Under the pieces are notes generated by a model that saw nothing but the letters and a program-made list of their open reading frames with translations, had not been told where the DNA came from and did not search any database. Shown here piece by piece: positions 29,240 to 40,036 of a stretch of 64,000 nt of DNA; the stretch's first letter is position 1; each line of letters opens with the position of its first letter. The stretch comes from Nostoc sp. LPT (GTDB lineage: Bacteria; Cyanobacteriota; Cyanobacteriia; Cyanobacteriales; Nostocaceae): the NCBI RefSeq assembly GCF_017115165.1, contig NZ_JABXKF010000082.1, positions 17,196 through 81,195 of the forward strand. The letters run 5' to 3'. The position numbers and the translations under genes are program-made.

Positions 29240-31090
29240 TTACGCAATTTTCTCTTCGTTTTTCAATGCTAAACGAACAAGTCCATAACAGACTAGGGCA
29301 TTAGCAATGAGGAAGAGGCGTGCTAAGTTACCACTTCCCAATCCCCAAACTGTCGGCTCGAAAAACGCGCTTGTAGTTAAGCACGCTGCTATACCTAAAG
29401 TTGAACCAATGGCAAACCATTTCCAACTAGGATGTCCCAGCAGCAATGCCATCAACACAATGGGAATCAGTACACTGGCAAATAGAGGATTTAATGCATC
29501 AGTTCCCTGGAGGGTATTTCCTAATTCGGGAATTGAACTGCCCAAAACCCGAAAAGGCCATTGGGGAAGATCAAAAATATAGATTCCCTTGAGGAAGAAT
29601 AACCCAGAACTGCCGGCAATTAGTCCACTAGATAAAGACCAACTCCAAGTGAAGGGGAAGTAAACGCGTAAAAACCAAGCCAGCAGATAGGAACCAACTA
29701 CCATTAAAACCTTGGGTAACAGTGCTACCGCACCACCATCAATCCAAAAGCCGGGGTTAAGATAGCCGTTATCCCGTAACCACCGAAAGAAATCTGGGAA
29801 ACTGATTTGCCCGCTAAAGGCTAGTTTGACTGCTGCTTCGGCATTGAGTTGTCCAGCGCCATAATAGTTCAAACCATCATCCTGGATAACTCGTGCCGAC
29901 TGCTTGAGAACTTTTAAAACTTCATCTGGTTCTTTGATGCCAGCAGCTTTGATTAATGCTGCAACACCAGCAACGTGGGGAGAAGCCATGCTTGTACCCT
30001 GAAAACCCAGAAATATGCCTTCGCCCTTTTCATCAATGGTTTCTTGGAGAATCTTACCAGCTTCACTACCACCAGGAGCAGAGATATCTACCCCTGCACC
30101 AAAGTTAGAATAGGGCGCTCTTTCGCCATCTGGGCCAATTGCCGAAACGCCGATGACGTAGGGATAGCGGGCTGGATAGCTTGCTCCATTGGCGTTTTCA
30201 TTCCCGGCTGCGGCAATAATAACAACACCTTTTCTATGGGCATACTCGATCGCATCTTTCATCAACTTGCTTTCACCGCCACCACCCAAGCTCATATTAA
30301 TCACATCTGCGCCTTTATCAGCAGCAAATTTAATCGCTTCGGCAATATCGGCAACGGTACCACCGCCATAAGAACTGAGTACCTTCAGCGGCATCAAACT
30401 GGCTTCGTAGGCAATTCCAGCGACGCCATATTTGTTATTTGTAGCTTGAGCAATAGTTCCGGCAACATGGGTACCGTGACCATTATCGTCTGTGGCTTCT
30501 TCTCTGTCGTTAACAAAATCATAGCCCTTGACGAATTTTGTCTCATACAAGTCGCGAACCTTGGTAATTCCCGTGTCAATCACTGCGACTGTAATGCCAC
30601 TGCCTTTGGTTTGACTCCATGCGCCTTCAACACCGATTTTGTGCAAGTTCCACTGCTTGCTGTAATATTGGTCATTGGGGCCAGTTAATGAAGGATTTGC
30701 TTCTTCATCTTCTTGGGGTCGCAAAAATTCTGCTAGCCAAGCTGCTTTACCTGGTTGTGGAATCTTGCTGTATATATAGTTTGGTTCAATGAATTCTGTA
30801 GCTTGGGCAAACTGAGATTTTTTCAGTTCTTGGAGCCGTTGGCGATCGCCCTTGATAATATACACATTATCTTTTTTGGAAAACTTGTTGTCTAATTGGG
30901 GTGTAACGTTGTATTGTTTGGCGATCGCTTGCAAATCCTGTTCCACTACAAGTGATGGAATATCTTCGCGAAAATCAAGCAAAATCGTCTCAAACTCTCC
31001 TTTAGCTGCCAATCCCTGAAAATTCAGGAAACCAAATATGGCAGATACCAGCCCAATGACAAACAAGCACAATAATATAAGTTTTCTCAT
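29240..31090 (-). CDS. S8-family (subtilisin-like) serine peptidase with C-terminal polytopic membrane domain
   Basis: 616 aa. Signal/anchor MRKLILLCLFVIGLVSAIFG. Catalytic triad motifs VAVIDTGI, HGTHVAGTIA, GTSMASPHVAG. The last ~190 aa are hydrophobic helices. Confidence 0.9.
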   Translation of the reverse strand: MRKLILLCLFVIGLVSAIFGFLNFQGLAAKGEFETILLDFREDIPSLVVEQDLQAIAKQYNVTPQLDNKFSKKDNVYIIKGDRQRLQELKKSQFAQATEFIEPNYIYSKIPQPGKAAWLAEFLRPQEDEEANPSLTGPNDQYYSKQWNLHKIGVEGAWSQTKGSGITVAVIDTGITKVRDLYETKFVKGYDFVNDREEATDDNGHGTHVAGTIAQATNNKYGVAGIAYEASLMPLKVLSSYGGGTVADIAEAIKFAADKGADVINMSLGGGGESKLMKDAIEYAHRKGVVIIAAAGNENANGASYPARYPYVIGVSAIGPDGERAPYSNFGAGVDISAPGGSEAGKILQETIDEKGEGIFLGFQGTSMASPHVAGVAALIKAAGIKEPDEVLKVLKQSARVIQDDGLNYYGAGQLNAEAAVKLAFSGQISFPDFFRWLRDNGYLNPGFWIDGGAVALLPKVLMVVGSYLLAWFLRVYFPFTWSWSLSSGLIAGSSGLFFLKGIYIFDLPQWPFRVLGSSIPELGNTLQGTDALNPLFASVLIPIVLMALLLGHPSWKWFAIGSTLGIAACLTTSAFFEPTVWGLGSGNLARLFLIANALVCYGLVRLALKNEEKIA

Positions 31091-31209
31091 ATTAACTCAT
31101 CACCGCTTTTTGCCAGTTTGCTCACTACCATAACTTATTTGCATCACTTGTTGGTAGATTTTGCACTTTTAGTTACAAGTTTTATTCAGGAATCAGGATT
31201 TTTTTAACG

Positions 31210-31644
31210 ATGGAACGTGGTCTTTTGTGGTTGCCTTTGTTAGTAATGTTTTTCTGGTTAGCTTGGCAAGGCTCGAAAGAGTATCAAAAAGTCGAAGCTT
31301 ATCGCACTTGGGCAGAGCAATTTGAACGGGCCAAGTATGATATTTATGCTGTATTAGGTCAAAAAGACAACAATATCACTTGGGGAAAACCCACACCTCA
31401 AGGGCCGATTAAACTAGAAACATTCTCCTTGCTTGATATCAAACAAATCCAGGTTTTAGTAGATGAAAAATCAGTAGATGTAAACAACCCACCGGAAAAA
31501 GGTCGTTCTATAGAATTAGAATTTCTATTTTCCGAATCTACTAACTCAGTCCGGGTTCCGTTTACAGAAGTCCCTTTGGCAGCAGAATGGGGTAAGTTTT
31601 TGCAGGGGCTATTACAAGACTTGCGATCGCAACCACAGCAGTAG
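31210..31644 (+). CDS. hypothetical membrane-anchored protein
   Basis: 144-aa ATG ORF with one N-terminal TM helix (LLWLPLLVMFFWLAW). No family recognised. Confidence 0.5.
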   Translation: MERGLLWLPLLVMFFWLAWQGSKEYQKVEAYRTWAEQFERAKYDIYAVLGQKDNNITWGKPTPQGPIKLETFSLLDIKQIQVLVDEKSVDVNNPPEKGRSIELEFLFSESTNSVRVPFTEVPLAAEWGKFLQGLLQDLRSQPQQ

Positions 31645-31968
31645 TTATATTAAAACTATAAGTTCCAAATAAGACGCCTATTTCTGGTCAAAAAGTTAGA
31701 TCGCTAGTAGTAATATTATTCATGGGCAACGACGTTTTTATTAGAAAGATGTTTTTTGGAATGGCTTTTACTTGAATACCATTTATTCAACATCTCCATA
31801 AATTAAATATACGTTATCCAAAACCCTTGTAGAGACGTAGCCGTGCTACATCTCTACATTCTTTTTCACCAGATATTGCGCCCTATGGGTGTAGTCTATC
31901 TAATTGAAAGCCGCCTTAAAACTCAATTCATGTTTGGATTACACTTGCATTCAGTTGACCCGATCCAG

Positions 31969-34854
31969 CTATGCTTGAATGATGAAATCAGAGGCAGTAA
32001 GAGAAGGCGCACCAGTAAGTTGTGCAAATTGACCACCACTGCCGAAACCAGCAGCGCTACCATTTTGATTGTAAAATAACTGCCCAGTCATACGGTCGTA
32101 GACAATTACAGCATTGCTAAGTGCCCCTGAACTGGTGATTTGAAAATCACTGGCGTTACTAAAACCCGTTCCCACATCAGAAGTAATAGCACTAAAGGTA
32201 GTCTTATCGAGGACAATCTTATCACCACTAGAGCGATTGAAGTCAGCGATGGTATCAATACCTATAACAGCAGTATTAAAGATAGCATCGGTGTCGTAGA
32301 GGAAAGAGTCAGCACCTGTACCACCCACAAGAGTATCGTTGCCCTGTCCACCAATCAGAAGATCGTTGCCAGTACCACCCCGCAGCAGGTCGTCACCACC
32401 ACTGCCATTGATAGTATCATTACCCCCTTGACCATTAATCACGTCGTTGGAATTGTAAAAACCGCTAATGTTATTGTTCAAGTCATTGAGGAAAGTGACG
32501 CAGTTTGCGGTGGAAATATACGTTTGAGTGGAGTTGGCACTAATCACATCAAAGCTTTTGGTAACACTGTCTTCTCCGTCAAAAATGATATTACCGATGG
32601 CAGGTCTTGTTGTCGATGCGGCTAAGTTCTCTAGGTTTTCTAACTTAAAGTTTTGCAAAGTGACTTTGGTATTACCCACATCTTCAAAGGTGACTTCTAA
32701 ATTGTTGCCTTTTTGAGTTAATTGCAGATTTCTTGCAGTCAATTCAGTCCCAATAAATTGCAAAGTATCTACTTTGGCAATTACCGCAGCCGAAGGGTTT
32801 GAGCTAGTACCTACACCGCCAAAGTCGGTGATGCTGTAATTGCCATCGCCTCGTTGGATAATAAAGGTGTCATTGGAGTTAGTGCCATTGAGAACTATAG
32901 TTCCCGGGGCAGGAGCGGGTCTGACTTTGCCACTAATGGCAAAGTCAAAGGAGCTTTCATCAATATCGTTGTTTTTTAAACTGAAGTTGCCACTATATCT
33001 ACCGTCTGTAGTGGGATTGAGTGCCACCGATATGCTAGTAGAAGCATTAACAGCTATGCTCGTTGGAAGAGTTCCGACCAAACTAAATCCATCGGGAAGT
33101 TTAAGATCACTCAGCTTGAGTGCGCCTGTACCGATGTTCTTGATAGTAAAGGTTTTGGTCAAGGTATCACCAACAGTCGTTTCACCAAAGTTAATGGCAG
33201 TGGTGTCACCATCTGTAATGTCAACATTGTCATTGAGAACTTGAATTTCTGGGGTATAAACTGTGCCACTAATGGCAAAGTCAAAGGGGCTTTCATTAAT
33301 GTCGTTGTTGTTTAAACTGAGGCTGCCACTATAGACGCCGGGTGCAGTGGGATTGAGTGCCACCGATATGGTGGTGGAAGCATTAACAGCCACACTCGTT
33401 GGAAGAGTTCCAACCAAGCTAAATCCGTCGGGAAGTTTAAGATTACTCAGTTTGAGTGCAGCTATACCGGTGTTCTTGATGGTAAAGGTTTTAGTCAAGG
33501 GTTCACCAACAAGAGTCTCGCCAAAGTTAATGGCAGTGTTGCCATCTATAATCTCAACATTGCCACTGAGAACTTGAATTTCTGGGGTTTTGGTAGGGTT
33601 GCGGGGAGCTTCGTATGCACCAATATCAACGACTGTACTGCCATTACCATCACCATCTTGAGGAGTCCTCTTAGTGATGCTATTGAAGGCATTGGAACCA
33701 CCATCAATCGCAACACTTCCAGGTTTGAGTGCAAAATTCCCTTTGTCTGGATCAACAAATTGAGGATCTTGACCCAAAAGATTTTGTAACCCTGTAGCGT
33801 TTAAATTATCTGAAGCTTGGAATTGGTTCGAGTTATAAACAAGATTGCGATCGAAAATTACATTTGTGTCATACTTAATTCTGTTAGCATTTTGATTGTC
33901 ACTTGCGTACAAAATGTTGTTGTAGACACGTACATTTTCCGAGTAAGTAACACCAATCTCTCCAGATTCTGGAAGAACCTGGGCATTCTTGTAAGCCGTG
34001 TTATTGATAACATCAACATTGGTAGCTTTGAAAACATTAATGCCTGCACCTCCATTGTTGTAAGTAATGTTATTTGCAATTAATGCCTTACCTGTATAGG
34101 CCACATTATCTTTGCTGGTATTGGTAGTATCAAGCATAATCCCATGTCCCTCAGTGATTTTGTCAGTGCCTCCATTTTTCCACGGAATTAAACTTTGGTT
34201 ATCGTAGACAATGTTGTCTCGAAAAATCATTCTGTAGTCAGTGGTATTGTTATCAAAATTAAAACTGTGGAGAGAGGTTATTCCCTGATTGCCGTGAGGT
34301 GAATACCAAGCGTTTCCAGACACAATGTTTTTCTCAACAGTTATATAGTCTGAATTACTGACTGCTATACCTCCACCTGGAAAGTTACGAATTGTGTTAC
34401 CAGTAATGATAATATGATGAGGATTAGTACCACTTACACCAGTGTCGTTTTTCCATGTATTAACAGCAATTCCATTACTATTGGTCAAGGGATTATCAAG
34501 GTTATTCTTCTCTTGCAAGGCATATTCGAGAGTGATGTTTTCCCGATTGCCTTTTATATCAAGTCCTTCAATCCGCACGTAGGATGAACTCAATATAGTA
34601 ATGCCACTTCCCGTTGTTGTTATCGTCGGCGTAGCCCCTGGATAAGCTTTTATTGTTGTCCAGCTATCTGGTGAGCCATTCAAGTTTAAAAGCGTAACCC
34701 CTTTCATTTGATAATTTCCATTCATGACGTAGAGCGTGTCGCCTGCTTTCATCTCATACACGGCTCTACCCAAGGTGAGAAATGCAGATTCTTCGTTTAA
34801 GCCATTATTTTGATTACTGCCTGTTGCAGAAACGTAGTATGTTGTGCCAGCCAT
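31969..34854 (-). CDS. large secreted protein: right-handed beta-helix domain, two Ig-like repeat modules, C-terminal RTX calcium-binding repeats
   Basis: 961 aa. Beta-helix repeats (NPHHIIITGNTIRN, ITVEKNIVSGN, ANNITYNNGGAGI). Duplicated ~110-aa module. Nonapeptides GGNDTINGSGGDDLLRGGTGNDLLIGGQGNDTLVGGTGAD. No N-terminal signal peptide, consistent with T1SS export. Confidence 0.85.
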   Translation of the reverse strand: MAGTTYYVSATGSNQNNGLNEESAFLTLGRAVYEMKAGDTLYVMNGNYQMKGVTLLNLNGSPDSWTTIKAYPGATPTITTTGSGITILSSSYVRIEGLDIKGNRENITLEYALQEKNNLDNPLTNSNGIAVNTWKNDTGVSGTNPHHIIITGNTIRNFPGGGIAVSNSDYITVEKNIVSGNAWYSPHGNQGITSLHSFNFDNNTTDYRMIFRDNIVYDNQSLIPWKNGGTDKITEGHGIMLDTTNTSKDNVAYTGKALIANNITYNNGGAGINVFKATNVDVINNTAYKNAQVLPESGEIGVTYSENVRVYNNILYASDNQNANRIKYDTNVIFDRNLVYNSNQFQASDNLNATGLQNLLGQDPQFVDPDKGNFALKPGSVAIDGGSNAFNSITKRTPQDGDGNGSTVVDIGAYEAPRNPTKTPEIQVLSGNVEIIDGNTAINFGETLVGEPLTKTFTIKNTGIAALKLSNLKLPDGFSLVGTLPTSVAVNASTTISVALNPTAPGVYSGSLSLNNNDINESPFDFAISGTVYTPEIQVLNDNVDITDGDTTAINFGETTVGDTLTKTFTIKNIGTGALKLSDLKLPDGFSLVGTLPTSIAVNASTSISVALNPTTDGRYSGNFSLKNNDIDESSFDFAISGKVRPAPAPGTIVLNGTNSNDTFIIQRGDGNYSITDFGGVGTSSNPSAAVIAKVDTLQFIGTELTARNLQLTQKGNNLEVTFEDVGNTKVTLQNFKLENLENLAASTTRPAIGNIIFDGEDSVTKSFDVISANSTQTYISTANCVTFLNDLNNNISGFYNSNDVINGQGGNDTINGSGGDDLLRGGTGNDLLIGGQGNDTLVGGTGADSFLYDTDAIFNTAVIGIDTIADFNRSSGDKIVLDKTTFSAITSDVGTGFSNASDFQITSSGALSNAVIVYDRMTGQLFYNQNGSAAGFGSGGQFAQLTGAPSLTASDFIIQA
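32915..33590. repeat. about 333-bp tandem duplication inside the beta-helix/RTX gene
   Basis: Two near-identical DNA copies, starting at about 33586 and 33253 on the minus strand. They encode TPEIQVL...FGET.VG..LTKTFTIKN.G..ALKLS.LKLPDGFSLVGTLPTS.AVNAST.ISVALNPT. Confidence 0.85.
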
Positions 34855-35725
34855 CTGTTTACTCCAAATATATGTAGGGGAAATTGGTAGTACAATGTCA
34901 GCAACTTTCTTCAGTTGCTAAGTAGTTATTTGAATGAGTCATCTATCTGCACTGTTAAGGACAGTCACAGTTGTCCGATCGCGACTTAAAATCGCGTCGA
35001 TTGTAGAAACGCTGTTGTAAACCTGAAAAATTTTTCTCCTGTCAACCGTTGACGGTCAAACTAGGAATATCAATACCGTCAATCATCAGAGTTTTGTTGA
35101 GAGTAATTGGACGATTAACGCATAGATGCTTCTACTCCAGACTTGTCATCAGATATCCTCTTAGCAAGACTAGATAAAATTGAATTGAATCGTATCTTCA
35201 TCTTTAGCAGCTGCATAGGCGTAGCCCGTCGTAGACATCGCTGCTCTTTGCAAACCAGCTTTAGCATCTGCTTTTTTCAATCAAACGATCGTATTTGGCA
35301 TAGTAATTCCTCTGAACTTTATGCGTTGTTTTAGGTCAGGAGGTTGCCAAATCTGCATGGTAAAATTCACCCTTGGCTGATAACTGGGGACTTAAAGTTA
35401 AAGTGATCGAAGTTAAATTGGTTGAAACTTTAGTTAGGTTGACCCTTTAACTTAAGGGGACTAATGTAACAACTTAGTTGAACCTGTTTTAAGGGGTGTA
35501 ACTGAGCGTTGTGAACTTAATTAAAACTAACCTTTACAAATAGCACTTGATACCAGTGATTACCCGGAATATTGTAAGTTTTTTTACAATAAAATTAAAA
35601 AACTATGGAGGTGTCTGGTGGAGTCAGTCGTTGAAATCGGGCAAGAGGGAAGAGGGTTTTAGCCTAGTTCATCAATCTTTGAGATAGTTTGGTTTGATGA
35701 CGCCAACTCACTTAATCTTGATAAT

Positions 35726-36559
35726 ATGAACACTGAAATAAACTCCAGAATACCTGTTGCTTTAACCATTGCTGGTTCAGATAGCGGTGGCGGTGCAGGA
35801 ATTCAAGCTGATTTACGCACCTTTGCTTTTCACTGTGTCCACGGTACTAGTGCTATAACTTGCGTCACGGCACAAAACACTCTAGGAGTGAAGAGGGTTG
35901 ATGCTATGCCAACAGAGGCTGTTGTGGCGCAAATTCAGGCAGTAGTTGAGGATATTGGCGTACAAGCTGCCAAAACAGGAATGTTGCTCAATCAGGAAAT
36001 TATCTTTGCTGTTGCCCAGCAAGTGGAAGCTTTACAAATCAATAATTTAGTAGTTGATCCAGTAATGGTGTCACGCACGGGAGCACAATTGATTGATGAT
36101 GATGCTGTGAAGACTCTGTGCCATGCCCTGATTCCCAAAGCGGTTATGATTACGCCCAATCGCTATGAAGCCCAAATTTTGAGCGGTTTACAAATTAATT
36201 CTTTAGAGGATATGCAAGCTGCTGCTGAAATTATTCACAAGACTTTAAAGACGAAGGTTGTTTTAGTCAAAGGCGGAGGTATGCAGGGAGATTTGCGTGG
36301 TGTTGATATCTGGTTTGATGGGGACAAGTTGAAAGTTTTGACTTGCCAGCAAGTAGAGACAAAAAATACCCACGGTACTGGTTGTACACTATCGGCTGCG
36401 ATCGCTGCTAATCTAGCTAAAGGAAAAGATTTGTGGCAGGCAGTGCAACAGGCAAAGGAATATGTGACTACCGCACTCACTTACGCCCTAGATATTGGCG
36501 AAGGGCAAGGCCCTGTGGGACACTTCTTCCCATTGTGGGGACTAGGGACTAGAGACTAA
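35726..36559 (+). CDS. thiD: bifunctional hydroxymethylpyrimidine kinase/phosphomethylpyrimidine kinase
   Basis: 277 aa. ALTIAGSDSGGGAGIQADLRTF, VVDPVMVS, ITPNRYEA, THGTGCTLSAAIAA. Confidence 0.92.
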   Translation: MNTEINSRIPVALTIAGSDSGGGAGIQADLRTFAFHCVHGTSAITCVTAQNTLGVKRVDAMPTEAVVAQIQAVVEDIGVQAAKTGMLLNQEIIFAVAQQVEALQINNLVVDPVMVSRTGAQLIDDDAVKTLCHALIPKAVMITPNRYEAQILSGLQINSLEDMQAAAEIIHKTLKTKVVLVKGGGMQGDLRGVDIWFDGDKLKVLTCQQVETKNTHGTGCTLSAAIAANLAKGKDLWQAVQQAKEYVTTALTYALDIGEGQGPVGHFFPLWGLGTRD

Positions 36560-36600
36560 AGATTAGGGATTGGAGACTGGTCATTGGGGATGGGGACTAA
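36535..36600. repeat. degenerate heptamer array overlapping the thiD 3' end
   Basis: ggggact agggact agagact aaagatt agggatt ggagact ggtcatt ggggatg. It encodes the last residues of ThiD (WGLGTRD) and continues past the stop. Confidence 0.5.
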
Positions 36601-36758
36601 AGAAAAGTTTTCTCAGTACTCCATCCCCAATGCCCAAATAAAAAATCTTTGCCCTTTCGATATTTTTCTATTATTCTTGGGCATAGTTTCAGGGGTGACT
36701 ATCTCTGTTAGCATCTCTGTACGATCTAATTACTTTGATTTTTAATACCAAGCCCCCA

Positions 36759-37367
36759 ATGCGAACAACCATAGGTTCTGTTCACAGGAATTCGCCAACA
36801 CCGACTACTCAAGCCTACCCTCCTTCTGTACCGCTATCTGTATACAGGGAATTGTCAACAGAGTTGCAAGCAGTACAGGCGAGGCTAAATGCACTCACCA
36901 TTCAAAATCAGCAACTAGCACAAGAAAATCAACTATTACGCCAAGAAATTACCAAAGTCGTTGAGTCTTTTTCTCGTTTGCAAAATTTTGTGGGCTCCCA
37001 TACTACATCTAGTTATCACCAAGCTAATCAAGCTTCTGGTGACGTTAAAAGTGCCGCCAAACAGCCAGTAAAACAAGCACGTCCACCTCAGCAGGTTTCA
37101 GGAAAGCGTCCATCCGTTGTGCCCAAACAACCAGCCGAAAAAAGCCGCCGTCAGGACTTTTCTACACCTGTAATGGAAATGAATTTCCCGATACCAGAAC
37201 CAGTTTTTATAGAAGAGCAACAAGTCAGTTATTATTCCACTACTGAGCCAGATGTCAAGGAACTCAATGGCTGGTGGTTAATTATTACCATCTTGTTAAT
37301 CATGTTGACTGCCTTTAGTGCTGGATATTTCATTGTGCGTCCCTTATTTGAACATCAGAAACGTTAG
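36759..37367 (+). CDS. hypothetical coiled-coil protein with C-terminal TM anchor
   Basis: The ORF opens at 36735 (TTG); first ATG is at 36759 (MRTTIGSV). Q-rich coiled coil (LNALTIQNQQLAQENQLLRQEI). TM helix WWLIITILLIMLTAFSAGYFIV. Confidence 0.5.
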   Translation: MRTTIGSVHRNSPTPTTQAYPPSVPLSVYRELSTELQAVQARLNALTIQNQQLAQENQLLRQEITKVVESFSRLQNFVGSHTTSSYHQANQASGDVKSAAKQPVKQARPPQQVSGKRPSVVPKQPAEKSRRQDFSTPVMEMNFPIPEPVFIEEQQVSYYSTTEPDVKELNGWWLIITILLIMLTAFSAGYFIVRPLFEHQKR

Positions 37368-37709
37368 TTGACATTCCCACAGTTAGCAGCAGTAGCAGAC
37401 TTTCGGGCTACCGTGCAATTTGTCTGCAATCACTCTCTAAATATCCGAACAAATCTGCTCAATGGCTAAAACGATCTATTTTTAGGTTATAAAAGCTACA
37501 TAAAATGCTAAATTGACAGCAACTTCTTTATGTCAGAACCTCAAAGATTATCTAATTAATAAATCCTTACCGCTTCTCATGTCACAAAACCTCAAGTAAA
37601 GCACTTACACTTTAAAAAAGTTGTAATTATTACATATTTTTTAGGAAAAGCACTGCTAGTTACAGCTTCAGACAGCGGATCTGGTTAGATATATAAACGA
37701 AGCTAGTAG

Positions 37710-38066
<357 letters not shown>

Positions 38067-38087
38067 GTCCTAATCAGCTTTTGAATT

Positions 38088-38128
38088 ATATGCCTATATA
38101 CGACTTAATCAGTCACGTATAGGCATAT
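38088..38128 (+). terminator. hairpin downstream of glnB (no clear U-tract)
   Basis: atatgcctatatacg(38088-38102)/cgtataggcatat(38116-38128) with a 2-nt bulge. Followed by tcccacg rather than a T-run. Confidence 0.35.
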
Positions 38129-38245
38129 TCCCACGTCCTATTGACTACAGGTTACGACAAAAACTGGCTTTACTCTTGACATAGAACTTATGTACTATGT
38201 ATATTTGATATATAATCTATATATAAAAATAGAGGTAAAGATGTT

Positions 38246-38455
38246 TTGAGCAAAAAAACTTTAATCACGCTTAACTTGTCGGACGCTGAACTTGAGCTAC
38301 TAAATAGTCTTAGTGAAAAAAAGGACATGAATAAGTCAGCAGTGTTACGGCAAGCTTTACGGATGATGGGGCTGATTGAGCAACGCATAGAGCAAGGTGA
38401 AAAATTTTACTTTGAAACTGTAGACGAGAAGAAATCTGAACTTATACTTGTCTAG
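38246..38455 (+). CDS. ribbon-helix-helix (CopG/antitoxin-like) protein, orphan
   Basis: 69 aa with a TTG start. ITLNLSDAELELLNSLSEKKDMNKSAVLRQALRMM fits the RHH strand-helix-helix pattern. Preceded by TTGACA-N18-TATATT at about 38176-38205. Confidence 0.5.
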   Translation: MSKKTLITLNLSDAELELLNSLSEKKDMNKSAVLRQALRMMGLIEQRIEQGEKFYFETVDEKKSELILV

Positions 38456-38518
38456 CGCTCTTCCATCACTCTCATGAGAAAATAATAGGGTAAAGTGTCG
38501 TAAACTCTTTGCTGGACT

Positions 38519-39403
38519 ATGTTTTGGGGAAGAGAGCCGACGGAAACTATAAAATTTGTAGATGATTACTGTGAATGGTATAGAAAGCTGTTTCCAGAAG
38601 TCAGAAGTTTTGAAGCGTTTAAATATCTTCATGTAGGAATGATTTCAGAAATTAAACGCAAAACTCTACCAGAGATAGCGCGGGTAATAGGGTTAGGGAA
38701 CGAACAAGGGTTATTGTATTTCCTAACAGAACACAAGAGGGAAATAGAGAAATTAAGAGAAGCCAGATTAAAGCTAATTTTACAAGTATTAGCTGGGCGA
38801 GAAATTACCTTGATTATTGATGAGACAGGGGATAAAAAGAAAGGCTCGACGACAGATTACGTCAAAAGACAGTATATAGGTAATTTAGGAAAAATTGAAA
38901 ATGGAATAGTTGCAGTTACAGCTTATGGATTATTCGAGGGAATGACATTCCCATTGATATTTGAAGTTTCTAAACCAAAACAAAGATTATTAGAATCAGA
39001 TGTCTATCAGACCAAGCCAGAAATTGCGGCTGTTATGATTAGAAAGCTCCTAGAAATGGGGTTTAAATTTAAACTGGTACTAGCAGATAGTTTATATGGT
39101 GAAAGCGAAAGTAACTTTATTAGTGTATTGTGCCAATTAGAACTAAATTTTGTAGTGGTGATTCGGAGCAATCATGGAGTTTGGCTGCCGCAGGGTCAGA
39201 AAGTTAGATATAACCGTTGGCGACCCTATAACCGTATATTCTCAGATGGTCAACAAGAGAAAAGGTATATTCGAGAGATAGTATTTGGCAAGCGCCATGC
39301 CGTTCAATATTGGCAAGTTACCACAGATCCAGAAACTTTACCGCAAAATTCGACTTGGTTTATCATGACCCTTGTTCCGGGTATTAAGTATAAAAAGTAC
39401 TAA
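38519..39403 (+). mobile_element. IS701-family DDE transposase gene, 3'-truncated remnant
   Basis: 294 aa. EVRSFEAFKYLHVGMISEIKRKTLPEIARV, LIIDETGDKKKGSTTDYVKRQYIGNLGKIENGIVAVTAYG, LVLADSLYGES. It stops shortly after STWFIMT, where full-length relatives (as I recall them) continue for more than 100 aa. No terminal inverted repeats identified. Confidence 0.75.
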
Positions 39404-39448
39404 TTATCAGATAGCTTTTCATTTCTTAAATCAGTTTTTTATCCTAAC

Positions 39449-40036
39449 TCAAGACTCAGGACTAAACAATGTGTCTAGTTGTGGAAGTAAAGCCGTAAAA
39501 GCCTTGCCTCGATGGCTAATTGACCTCTTCAACTCCCGTGTCATTTCAGCAAAGGTCAATTGCAACTCTTGCACATAAAAAATTGGGTCGTAGCCGAAAC
39601 CACTATCACCACGAGGTACGTGGAGAATTTCGCCGCGACAAATACCTTCAGATTGTAATACGATCGCACCATCGGGACGAGCGATCGCTACTGCACAAAC
39701 AAATTGAGCTTGCCGATTTACCTCGTTGCCTAATTCTCTCAATACCCTAGCAATGCGTTCTGAGTCGGTTGTGGCATAACGTGCAGAATACACCCCTGGT
39801 GCGCCATTTAGGGCATCTACTTGCAAGCCTGAATCATCAGCAATTGCCCAGTTTCCTGTGGCTTTAGCAATTTGTGATGCTTTTAGACAAGCGTTGGCGG
39901 CAAAGGTTTCGCCCGTCTCTTCAATTTCCAACTCTTCAGGTTTGAAGGTTAATTCCCAACCAGAATTTTCCAGGTAAGCCTGCATTTCCCGCAACTTACC
40001 TGGATTTCCTGTGGCTACTACAAGTAATTTAGTCAT
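39449..40036 (-). CDS. rdgB: XTP/dITP diphosphatase (RdgB/HAM1 family)
   Basis: 195 aa. LVVATGNPGKLREM, ETGETFAANA, DDSGLQVDALNGAPGVYSARY, GFGYDPIF, SHRGKA. Confidence 0.92.
   Translation of the reverse strand: MTKLLVVATGNPGKLREMQAYLENSGWELTFKPEELEIEETGETFAANACLKASQIAKATGNWAIADDSGLQVDALNGAPGVYSARYATTDSERIARVLRELGNEVNRQAQFVCAVAIARPDGAIVLQSEGICRGEILHVPRGDSGFGYDPIFYVQELQLTFAEMTRELKRSISHRGKAFTALLPQLDTLFSPES

Noticed and set aside
35143-35334. 63-aa plus-strand ORF in the long intergenic region before thiD
   Set aside because: It has a TTG-type start and contains the dispersed repeat word taggcgtagcccgtcgtagacatcgc (also near 28110). It is probably non-coding.
35380-35540. Possible TPP riboswitch upstream of thiD (words ggggtg, ctgag, accc, gaacctg present)
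   Set aside because: The words occur in the wrong order for a THI element (expected GGGGUG...CUGAGA...ACCC...GAACCUGA...AGGGA), and no P1 or P3 helices could be drawn. The region does contain repeated ggggact/ttaa words that I cannot explain.
37590-37650. NtcA box (GTA-N8-TAC) upstream of glnB
   Set aside because: The candidates found have the wrong spacing. gtaaagcacttac is GTA-N7-TAC and gtaattattac is GTA-N5-TAC. No correctly spaced site was seen by eye.
38357-38632. 91-aa minus-strand ORF spanning the RHH gene end and the transposase start
   Set aside because: It is antisense to two better-supported genes and has a low-complexity translation.
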